A stretch of DNA of 64,000 nucleotides, from positions 15,952,871 to 16,016,870 of the forward strand of contig NC_092676.1 of NCBI RefSeq assembly GCF_964355755.1, given 5' to 3'. This document shows positions 1 to 10,511 of the stretch, in pieces. The translations under genes and the position numbers were made by a program. Below the pieces are notes generated by a model. It was not told where the DNA came from. It worked only from the letters and a program-made list of their open reading frames with translations, and ran no database searches. This DNA is from Antedon mediterranea. Lineage: Eukaryota; Animalia; Echinodermata. Positions within the stretch are counted from its first letter, which is position 1. Every line of letters starts with the position of its first letter.

Positions 1-925
1 CACATCAAGGTAATTTTGGTCTCAAATTGATCAGAAGGTATACATTTATATTCAGTCTAATGGGACATTTTATTAAAAAATGACCGGAAATGCCATTTAT
101 AACCTTTGACCCACAACCCAGGGCATATATGTATCTTTCATTAGGCGCAGGAGCCCTGGATAGCGTTACGAAGTCGTTAACTCTGTCAGCCCATGGTCAA
201 CCCAACTAATGTGTTTTTCCCAAGGACAATTTATCAATAACTAAACTTTGTCACCACCCATAAGTGTGCTGTTCATTTCCTATTGACCAATGAACACCAA
301 TGTAACTGGACCTGAGTTTCTTGCTATTCGACCTTGGGTGCAAATTATACAATTAATTGATGTTAAGGCCATGCACTGACTACTCTTTTCTGTATAGAAA
401 CACTGAATTGACTGAATAATAAGAAAACCCTACAATAATTTCTACTACTACTTGATATGGTGTTATACAAGAACTATATTAAAAGAATTGAATGCATGGA
501 GAATGAAAAGTTAAACGTTATAACTTATATGTAAAACATCACTTAGATGATATCTATCAGATATATCATTTTCTAAAAATTGTTTCATTAGTTAGAATAG
601 ATCACGGAAAACCAATACCAATACTGATCTGGACTCGGAAATTCAAAATGTAGCAGGCAACGTTTCACCAATGAAAACTTTCAAGACAAACAAAGTATCA
701 TAATTATCATGATATCCATTTTTATTTAATAACGATAAATGGATATAAATATTTCGTTTTTTTTGTTATTTTGTGATGGAAAATATATTGAGTGAACATT
801 GGCACTGAGCTTAAATGTTCCCCGTCCCCTTAATGTCCGCTTTATAGGAGTGTCCCCTCAGTAAGGATTTGCTGTTTTTCCCCTTAATAATAAATTATGA
901 TGTCCATCTTATCCTCTCAATTTTA

Positions 926-1980
926 ATGTGCTACACCCGATAATAGAATACACATCTAGCTCGTGTGTACTTTAAAGAACCTAGTACATCTTTCGAGACG
1001 AGTGGGGGGTTACCCCGGTGTATTAGTACATCACAGCCACTGATCACCAACTGGGCCCTCTGGGAGACCAGTCTTTGACTGAAGAGGTTATTTCAATTCA
1101 ATTCAATAGAATAACTGTACAGTAGGCTCCCATTTGATGCAATGTGTTACCCAATGTGCTCAATTTGATTGTGCTACCCAAATCCATGCTATCCATTTGA
1201 AATAATTTGCTATCCATTTGAAAGAATGTGCTACCCGATAATCCGTATAGAATAATGTACAGTACAATTATATCCATTTGATTGTGCTACCTAATGTGCT
1301 ATCCATTTGAAATAATGTGCTATCCATTTGAAAGAATGTGCTACCCGATAATCCGTATAGAATAATGTACAGTACACGTACTATATCCATTTGATTGTGC
1401 TACCCAATGTGCTATCCATTTGAAAGAATGTGCTATCCATTTGAAAGAATGTGCTACCCGATAATCCGTATAGAATAATGTACAGTACTATATCCATTTG
1501 ATTGTGCTACCTAATGTGCTATCCATTTGAAAGAATGTGCTACCCGATAATCCTTATAGAATAATGTACAGTACTATATCCATTTGATTGTGCTACCCAA
1601 TGTGCTATCCATTTGAAATAATGTGCTATCCATTTGAAATAATGTGCTATCCATTTGAAAGAATGTGCTATCCATTTGAAATAGGCCTAATGTGCTATCC
1701 ATTTGAAAGAATGTGCTACCCGATAATCATAGAATAATGTACAGTACTACTGTATATCCATTTGATTGTGCTACCTAATGTGCTATCCATTTGAAATAAT
1801 GTGCTATCCATTTGAAAGAATGTGCTATCCATTTGAAAGAATGTGCTATCCATTTGAAAGAATGTGCTACCCGATAATCCGTATAGAATGCACAGTACAG
1901 TTATATCATAGTTATATCCATTTGATTGAGCTATCTATTGTGCTATCCGTTTGAACTAATGTGCTGTCTGTTTGAAATAA
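926..1980. repeat. Compound minisatellite: 21-bp unit aatgtgctatccatttgaaa(g/t) interleaved with a related ~65-bp unit
   Basis: Short units occur 1-4 times between long units (aatgtgctacccgataatccgtatagaataatgtacagtactatatccatttgattgtgctacc). The ORF at 1766-1954 is a translation of this array. Confidence 0.9.
951..1104 (+). mobile_element. 5'-truncated SINE with a Deu-domain-like core and (TTCAA)n tail
   Basis: taaagaacctagtacatctttcgagacgagtggggggttaccccggtgt resembles the Deu-SINE core (from recall); tail ttcaattcaattc; 9-bp TSD aatagaata at 942-950 and 1105-1113. Confidence 0.55.
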
Positions 1981-3899
1981 TTCAGGTTTTTTTTTTTAAT
2001 ATGTTTTGCTATCCATTTTAAACGTGCTAAACAAGTTACATATTTGTTGATATAAATTTGCGGTACACCACGTAGGCCTATATAATAATATATAATATAA
2101 TATATATATATATAATAATATAATATTAGTTCTGAAAAGAACTGTTGAGTTGCTTGACGTTTCGATTTAGGCCTACTCCAAAGTCAAAGTTTCCAAAGCT
2201 ATTCCATCATGTCGTATTCGGGGAATCGCCCACAAGTGTTTTCTCAGAGAAGGGTATGTTCTGTATGGGGTTCTGTATGCTATTTGTTAATAATGTACAA
2301 AAAATGAAATGAAAAATCATATTAATTATCGGTTGTACGGAGGAAGCTCGAACAAGACGAAGCGCGAAACAAATAAAAGCGCAGCGCGAAACATCTGAAA
2401 TGATATACAATTTCTCAAAACATGAAAACACAGAATATATTATATTAATATAACTTTTTAATATTTCCAAAGGCTCGGACAAGGAAGAAGGGCCTTAAAA
2501 AACTGAATTGCTAAATGTTAGACCACATTTCCATAACTTTTCAAAACTCATCAAACCCTCTGCTAGTAGGCCTAATTAATATAGGAGCGTATCGCCAAAT
2601 CATTAGAAAAAAAAAACATGGCATGAAGATGTAATTAATCAAACAACGGCCAAAGAATACCAACAATTTTAATTTAGGTTTCGATTCGTAATTACTAATG
2701 TGGTGGACTAAGCCTAGTTTGAAACTATAGTGACCATTTATTTTAGAAAGAAAGATAGACAAATTTGTTTCCATCTCCATGTTATTGTTAATACCAAGGC
2801 ACTTTTCAATTAAAAATTCTGGCCTAGTATTCTTGCAAGGTCGTCACAGCTCCAGTTACAAAGGTCGTCACAGCTCCAGTTACAAACGGTGATACAAAGT
2901 GTCAATCATTTGACCAGTGAACAACCCACTGGTAGGATAGTCCTTGAAACCGTCCGTAAAACACATTAATCACTCACATCAGTCATGCCGCTAATGGTTG
3001 AAAACCTCACTTTTTGGGGTTTTCAAACGTAACGCTATCCGGGGCTCCTGCGCCTAATGTGTAACTGGTCGTAGACACTTGAATTTGGTCTTAAATTGTT
3101 CGAAATATACATTTTGTTATTTGTTACACATTTTTAAAAATTTTACAAAAGGTCAAAGGGTCAGGGTCAATGGTTATATGAACAAATATAAATAAGTACT
3201 TGTATCTCGGCAACCACTGGTCGCAGTAAGCAATTTTGGTTTCAAGATGTTCAGAAGGCATGCATTCATATTCAGTCTAATGGGGCATTTTAGTCAAAAA
3301 TTATCAGAAATGCCATTTTTGACCTTTGACCCACATACAAGGGCATTTTCCTGTCTCTGTAAGTACTGGTCGTAGAAACTAAATTTTGTATCAAATTGTT
3401 CGAAATATACATGATATTTACATTCATTCTAATATAAAATTTGGTTAAAAGATGACCATAAATACTATACATTACTAACGTGATTGTTTCAAACAAAAAA
3501 CATATCTACACAACTTGTCCTTGGACAGTAATGTTATGCAATAACGTATGCTTTAAATTGTTTCATTATAGGATTTAAAACAAATCCTTTTACTGTTTGT
3601 AATTGTATTTTTGCTTATATGCTAGAAAGTATTGTTGACCACATTTTGATAGAAATGTCGAGCTCAACAGTTTTTTTCAGAATTCTAGATGTAACTTACC
3701 GAATTCATCCTAATATTAACGCCCCGGGCATTTATTATTCAGAAGGGTTTTTAGGGGAGCGTTTATTTTTTTTGGGTAGTATGATGACATGCATAATCAA
3801 ATAAATACTACCTAGATATAAAAAAAATACATAATAATTTTATTCAAATTCATTGAAGCTGCATAGGATTAATTTAATTTATTATTTTTACTATAATAG

Positions 3900-4022
3900 G
3901 ATTGCAGATTCAGGAATACAGTATGACCCACGCTACACGTGGAATATGCCTCATTATAAACAATATGCAGTTTACTAAAGAGAGTCAACTAAAAGAAAGA
4001 AAAGGTTCAGAGGTTGACGAAG
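3900..4022 (+). CDS. Caspase-8/10-like protease, exon encoding the start of the p20 subunit
   Basis: EYSMTHATRGICLIINN...KERKGSEVDE is the classic start of a caspase catalytic domain. The donor GAAG|gtatat at 4023 (phase 1) joins in frame to the exon at 5801. The acceptor may be at 3899 or 3907. Confidence 0.88.
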
Positions 4023-4470
4023 GTATATTACTTTCAATTTTAGGAGACTTTAAATGTAATATTGGAATTTCACTTCACTCTTCCCTGGTAGCATAGCTAG
4101 CTCTTCCCTGGTATCATAGCTAGCTACAGTTAGCCCATGGTATTTAATTAAATTACAATCAAAGACTGAAATAGATCACTTTTTAAGACTAGCTGGTTTT
4201 ATATCAACACTTTCTGATTTAGCAGGTGCCTTTAACTTCACTTTTCTTTTTCACATTTATTTTTACTTGATCAATTCTCATGTCATCATCTTTCTTATCT
4301 TCCTTGACATCTATTAGATATTACATAGTAAAAAATATAGCACACAAAAGAACAGTAAAATGAATAAAAAGATTCTTAGAATTTAGTCCAAGTATTAGAT
4401 CCTACAAGGATAGACTCAGGCGTGTTATAATAGCGACTACTGTAATGCCTTCATGTTCATCTATATATAA

Positions 4471-4753
4471 ATTATGGTTAATTCTGACATAGGCGAGCAC
4501 AATGGAAAAACTTCATACAAATCTCTGCCTTGGATACTTACCTTATCTATCTCAGATGTACCGCGAAACGTAGATTTGATAACGTTAGTTTCCACTATTA
4601 CGATATTTCTATCATAGGAAGATATTATAAAGGGTTTTATAAGAAATTTTCTGATTTCAATCGGTAAATTTTAACTCTACGCGAGGTAGAAGTAATTTCC
4701 GGGTTCACGGTAAGGTGTGTCAATCATTGGTTTCAACCCGGGAGTTGTAAAAC
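4471..4753. repeat. ~290-bp dispersed repeat, copy 1 (in the caspase intron)
   Basis: attatggttaa..ctgacataggcgagcacaatgg...ggagttgtaaaac is nearly identical to 7280-7591. Confidence 0.85.
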
Positions 4754-5678
4754 AACTCCCTGTTTCAACTAAGTTGGTGCTTGGTAGCCATTTTATTAAT
4801 TTGTTTATTTTCGGACCGCGCGTGTGAAGGTATAGTAGTACATAAAGATCAAATTAAATATATTCATAAAACATTCATAAAACATAGGAGTAAATTGTGG
4901 GAAATAATTATATAAAAATTACATCGAGAGAATTGATAAGATAAGATAAGTCAATGTCATGAACACAACAAGGCGAACATGAAATTGGTTTTTCCTTCAT
5001 GCTTAAAAACACAATATATAAAACATTAAAAAATCAATACAATACATTAAAACTATATTAGTAAACAAGTTATATTTACAGAAGGAATAAAAAAACAACT
5101 ATCTTTGAAATGTTGAGTTGGAAACATGAATGAATTTGTGGACAAATGATTTCCTACATCGAGTGGTATTGCACATTGATGAGATGATAAGAGCTTTTGT
5201 TTGAAATCGAATGAAAACCCAATAGCCGGGTTGTTGAGTTAGCTGCCAGGACTTTATGTATACTGTGCACTATCTGTGTCCCGTCAGGACCCTGGGATAC
5301 TTCTGCCCATGTTGAGAGCCGTCTAAAACGTCTTCCTTCTTAGGCCAAAACAGCTCACTGTGTCGCGGAATAATGTATTAATTATACCAATTAGGATGGT
5401 ATTTATTAGAATAAACGCCCGGAACACCTCCCCAATAAAACATCAATGAAAATAATTATCGCCACTTTTTTTACCACTTTTCATCTACAATAAACACTAT
5501 ACGTAAAACGCTATTAATCATCTAAGACACTGTGAAACAGGTTAGTGAGTAGGTTTAGTTTCACGAATATCAAAAGCATTTAAATAATGGTAACCGACCG
5601 AAATCGTCCAGGCCAGAATGTCCTTCTAAAACCTTTTACCCGAGTCATTATCATTCCGAGAACCATCGTCTACACTTC

Positions 5679-5716
5679 CTAGAGGGGGAGCGAGCGAAGC
5701 GAGCTCACCCTCTAGT
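5679..5716. repeat. Helitron/HINE-like terminal hairpin ending in CTAG
   Basis: ctagagggggagcgagcgaagcgagctcaccctctag forms a GC-rich stem-loop followed by a T-run. Confidence 0.4.
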
Positions 5717-5800
5717 TTTAATAATAATGTTTAGTTTGTTTTTTAGTTTGTACTGAATTAACGGACTGGTAACATTTAAATTAATTTAATTCCTCAACAG

Positions 5801-6426
5801 CAAATCTGAAGCATGTTTTCAACTACTTGGGATTTGATGTTGAGGTGATACGCAATGCAACTGGCGAACAGATGATGAATAAAATAATTGATGTTCGTAA
5901 AATGGATCATTCCAAGTACGATTGTTTCGTGTGCTGTATATTGTCCCATGGTGACCTTGGAAAAGTTTATGGCATTGACAGTGTCCCTTGTAAAATAATA
6001 GATATGACTAGTGCATTTCGTACAGGGTTTTGTAAGACACTAGCAAACAAACCAAAGTTATTCTTTCTACAAGCCTGCCAAGGAACTAGACGGGCTGAGC
6101 AACACGTGCAAAATATGGAAACAGACGATGCTCCACCTACTGCTAGGCCTACAGAGAATATCCCGGATGATGCTGATTTCCTGCTTGGATATGCCACAGC
6201 ACCTGGCAACGTGTCATACAGGAGCAAGACCTATGGATCATGGTACATTACAAAGCTGACACAAAATTTGAAAAAATTCCACCATACCAATCACATACTA
6301 GATATCCTAACACAAGTGAATAATGAAGTAAGCCAGGCTATTGCTAATGAGTCTAATGGCTGTTATAAGCAGGTTCCAGCTCCCCAGTATACACTAAGAA
6401 AGAACCTATACTTTCCAAAATTATAA
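5801..6426 (+). CDS. Caspase-8/10-like protease, terminal exon (rest of p20, linker and p10)
   Basis: Acceptor tcctcaacag|CA gives ...VDEANLKHVFNYLGF... Catalytic ILSHG and KPKLFFLQACQG (QACQG is typical of caspase-8/10); ETDD linker; p10 motifs DFLLGYAT, SYR, GSWYI, KQVP; stop at 6424-6426. Prodomain exons were not identified. Confidence 0.93.
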
Positions 6427-6530
6427 ATCAAGATTTTCGATTACGTACAGAATTATTTGTCAAAATTATTACATAAGCTAATTAATACAAATAATGTAAC
6501 TAGAATAGAATAACATATATATAACTGTTA

Positions 6531-6635
6531 AAGATGTATTGTCCCCCAAAAAAAATGAAAAATGAAGATTAATAAAATCAGACTTTGAATAGGCCATTTT
6601 GTTGTTTTATATTAACAAAGTTAATTACTTCCGTA
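6531..6635. mobile_element. Solo Kolobok-like terminus
   Basis: TTAA|AGATGTATTGTCCCCC...tgaagattaataaaatcagactttgaataggcc matches the termini at 57037, 57126 and 59714. Confidence 0.65.
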
Positions 6636-7279
6636 GAAAAAAAACACGAAAGAAATAATGTTATTACTTAATAAATGACAAAATAAATGGTTAATTTCAA
6701 CCAAAAACACATTGGCTGGCAGGCAGCCAATTTGTCTTAAATTACAATTTTTCAGGTAAATAATTTGTTTTCTGGTTCAATATTTGTTCAAAGTGAACAA
6801 CTATTATGTGACATTAAAATGGCATATTCAACAAAAACATTATTTTTTCAGGGGAACAATACTGTACATCTTTAATGAACGTTGTCAAATTTGTTTGGCG
6901 CTTTTTCATAATTAGTGTTCAAATTCATAATTATTGTGACTACATTTATATAGCACAGAGTACTGTAGGTAGTAAATTACATTCACTGGCGCTCTACACA
7001 AAAATAATGAAGAAAAAATATCTGTTCAAACATGCCAGAAAAAAATATAAGTGTACATACAGTACATTTCAGTTAATGTAATAATATTACAACCATTTTG
7101 AACATTGCAGTGTTTACATAGCACTGTAATATTGTATTTGCGCTTGTGTTTCAGTAAAATATTGTAGATAAGATATTATTTATAATAAAACACAAGCAAT
7201 GCTATTCCTCTCTGAGCAAGTTTAATAAGTGCAGTTTCTTATGGTTGACCTGGGCACTTGTCAATATCAATAATCTATA

Positions 7280-7591
7280 ATTATGGTTAATCTGACATAG
7301 GCGAGCACAATGGAAAAACTTCGGTACTAATCTCCGCCTTGGATACCTACCTTATCTATCTCAGATGTACCGCGAAACGTAGATTTGATAACATTAGTTT
7401 CCACTATTACGATATTGTTCCATATTTCTATCTTAGGAAGATATTATAAAGGGTTTTATAAGAAATTTTCTGATTTCAATCGGTAAATATTAACTCTACG
7501 CGCGGTAAGTAATTTCCGGGTTCACGGTAAGGTGTGTCAATCACCTTGCAAGTTCCCTGCATGGTGGGTTTCAACCAGGGAGTTGTAAAAC
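7280..7591. repeat. ~290-bp dispersed repeat, copy 2 (downstream of the caspase)
   Basis: Direct copy of 4471-4753 with small indels. Confidence 0.85.
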
Positions 7592-8692
7592 GTTTTTTTT
7601 TTTAAACATTATATGGAGGTATATTTTTGCGCTATGGACGTTTCGGCCTACTTCGCGAGAAACATGATGTTGGTGTTTGGTAATAATAATAAATAGTGGG
7701 CTGATTAATAGTTTGAAAACAGCTTACGGCATTTCTTAAGTGAATTTTTATTCAACGTATCCTTCCTTAATGAAACATTTGCCCATTGCTGTGTAAATCA
7801 GTAATTAAAGTTGTGATGCGAAAAGTGTGTGTAATTATTCCACAGGTAAACCTAGGCATAAGAAACCCAGGAGGGAACAATACGTACATAACAGTAAGCC
7901 AACGAGTTAACAACCAAACACTACAAGTAGCAATAGATATATGACTTGTCCTTGTAGTATCGTGAGCGTGCGCAGCAAATAACAAATATCGTCTTGAACT
8001 ATTACGTACTTTAAACAAACAAGTTAATAATGAAATATCGCACGCACGAGCAGCAAAATAGTAATAATCCAACGCCTTAACGACGACCCTAACAGACGTA
8101 TCGTGAACACACAAGTATTGAAACAACTCAATATAATCATGATATATTAACTTGATCAAAATTGTTTGAGTCTAGCACTAAATTTGATTTGATTTTTTTT
8201 TACATTTATGGGCGAAAAAGTATCTTTTCTTTTTTACATTTGTGGGCGTTATCACATTTGTGGGTAATGCGTTTTTACATTTGTGGTTGTTTTCACATTT
8301 GTGGTCGTTTTCACATTTGTGGGTTCAACAGCTCTCCCTAAACAGAAAAGAAATCTTGTACAAATACAACTCTTAAGGTTTTTGTGGATGTTGATAATGA
8401 AAAGTAAATGAAGTCAGAGTACTGTAGTAATAATACTGTAATAGTTTTTGTAAATAACTACAGTAGTAGGTTTGATTTGTCTATAACTTTAAATTAATTT
8501 GTCATTTAAATATAAATTGTATGTTTATTAATAGGATTTTTGTTATGCTATTAATATTACATTGCTTGGTTTTAATGGTGGTGTTTTTAATAAGGTTAAA
8601 GATATACTCTTATAATAAAGAAATAGTTACACATTAAATTACAGTGATAAATCAGAATATATCTGTAATAATATATATCTAGTGAAGATGTA

Positions 8693-9540
8693 CCGTATAT
8701 TTCGGTGTATAAGTCGCACCTGTGTATAAGACGCACCCCCAACTGAGAGTAAAATATCGGTATTTTTTATATCGTCGATGTATAAGACGCACCTTATATT
8801 TCATCAAAACAATGTTTTTTTAAATTGTAATCAATATTATTGTAATAATATATTTTGTTATATCTACAACGGCGTCCTTTATTTAGGTTTTTTCTTACCT
8901 AGGCTCGACCGCGCCCAGCCTCAACAAGTTCTTTCTAACTTGTTATTCATGAGTTTCGCCGCAACATCGAGTGCATGACCGTGTGTGTAACACGCACGTG
9001 TGTGGGCTAGCCTCGCTCGATCATTTCGAGAGGGCGCACGTTTTCATGGACAATCGTATTCGATTAGTATCTATGTATCCGAGAAGTGTGTACGCTAGGT
9101 CCATGCTATAATCACCTGGAGAATATACTAGTCGAATACCGTACACCATGTGCCACCAAAAGAAGGGCTTGCGCTTGGGGTACGGCGATCGTGCGTATAA
9201 CTACTGTATAAATAAATACTATTCCAATCGTACGACGTAAACGTTTACAAATGAAATTTTATCGGAGCGCCATAATGAACAAATCTTTTCATCATATTTA
9301 GTATAACATCATGCTAAAATGACTTGAAAACTAGGCCTAGGCAGAAGCAGGTTGCCATTACGTTAGTTAGTTACTGTAGCTAGGCCTAGCCTACTCAGGC
9401 CTAGCAAACGAGGTGACGATAGCCTAGGCCTATGTACAATCTGTGTGGTGAGGCATTTATGTTCGGTGTATAAGACGCACCCTTAATTTAGAGGTCAAAT
9501 TTGCGTGTCAAAAGTGCGACTTATACACCGAAATATACGG
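8693..9540. mobile_element. Tc1/mariner-pogo (Tc2-like) MITE
   Basis: Perfect 27-bp TIR CCGTATATTTCGGTGTATAAGTCGCAC with TA on both sides. Confidence 0.9.
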
Positions 9541-9570
9541 TAATAATGTTCCCTCATTTTATGAATATTG

Positions 9571-10083
9571 GGGGAATTCCAATCATAGTTTTAAAAACAG
9601 AGTTCATGACAGTTGAAAATTGATTTAATTAAAACCATATCCAATGTATTTCCACAATCTAAAATAACAAGTTTTGTTAAAGAAGACCCAAAAGTCAAAT
9701 TTGTGTGTACCAATTTACATGTAGGTTGCAACATCCCAAAAACCTTGCAAGTGGGATAGATGAATACCAAAGTAAAAATTACAATTTTGATGATATAATA
9801 AAGAATAACAAATGTACTAATAGTAATGAAGAAAGTTTTGAATTTTTTTTCTGTTTTTGTTTACTCATCAGTCGACCCAGGTACCTAAATTCTTTTTATC
9901 TATTATTGTGTAATATTGCAAAGATATGATAGAATGTAGTTTTAGAAGAATGAACTTTGTTGGATTATGAGATCTAGATCATAGTCCAACAACACACCCT
10001 AGAGTGTAATATTTGAATACATCAGGATGGGGAATTTCCAGATCAATTGCACATTATAGGCGACGAAGAACATTTTCATTTTC
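9571..10083 (+). promoter_or_regulatory. Candidate NF-kB sites and an IRF-E/ISRE-like motif upstream of the IFIT-like gene
   Basis: GGGGAATTCC at 9571-9580 and GGGAATTTCC at 10030-10039 fit GGGRNWYYCC; TTTCATTTTC at 10074-10083 reads GAAAATGAAA on the minus strand. Confidence 0.45.
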
Positions 10084-10193
10084 TAATAGATACATTACAT
10101 TAAAATATGAAAACAAATTATCACTCTCAGACTCTTCCTAAAGCGAGGCAGGAGCCGTATACTACCATTATCATTGATTGGCTTCCTACTTAA

Positions 10194-10325
10194 AGACCCA
10201 TTTACTACAATTTGTGACGTTTTGTAAAAATAATGCATATATATTATTACTTTAAAAACATTAAACCAGGTCTTAAATGTACGTTTTATGGTAATTACGA
10301 TAAAAAAAGAGAAACAATGCACTAG
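10194..10325. mobile_element. Truncated left end of the Kolobok-like family seen at 36607-38976
   Basis: TTAA|AGACCC...caatttgtgacgttttgtaaaa...ttactttaaaaacattaaacca...gagaaacaatgcacta aligns with 36607-36654 plus 38443-38535. Confidence 0.7.
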
Positions 10326-10511
10326 TTACCATACAAACTATTAAGCAGAACCAGCAATAAAATAAACATTTATATTTGTTTGACTGAAAGACATACTGTA
10401 TAGGGAAATATGTTTATTAACAATTAAAACAAAAATAAATGTTTATTATTGAATTAGATTTTAACAGTCATGTCACCTAATATTTGTTTAATTTTTGTTG
10501 ACAGTAATAAA

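Larger units (their letters stand above)
140..3058. mobile_element. Non-autonomous TIR element (~2.9 kb), superfamily uncertain
   Basis: ATTAGGCGCAGGAGCCCTGGATAGCGTTACG (140-170) matches the inverted CGTAACGCTATCCGGGGCTCCTGCGCCTAAT (3028-3058) with 1 mismatch; the flanking repeat resumes on both sides. TSD is ambiguous. Confidence 0.7.
1..3420. repeat. Dispersed repeat (two related units, 1-139 and 3059-3420), interrupted by the TIR element at 140-3058
   Basis: 1-130 (aattttggtctcaa...cagaagg...cagtctaatggg...gaaatgccatt...acctttgaccca) recurs at ~3232-3350; 3060-3115 recurs at ~3362-3412. Confidence 0.6.

Noticed and set aside
592-703. Possible upstream caspase exon (NRSRKTNTNTDLDSEIQNVAG)
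   Set aside because: No convincing donor, no recognisable domain, and it lies between the TIRs of an inserted element.
1140-1980. CRISPR-like appearance of the repeat array, and the ORF at 1766-1954 (MCYPFER repeats)
   Set aside because: The intervening segments are themselves repeated rather than unique spacers, there are no cas genes, the context is eukaryotic, and the ORF is a translation of the 21-bp unit.
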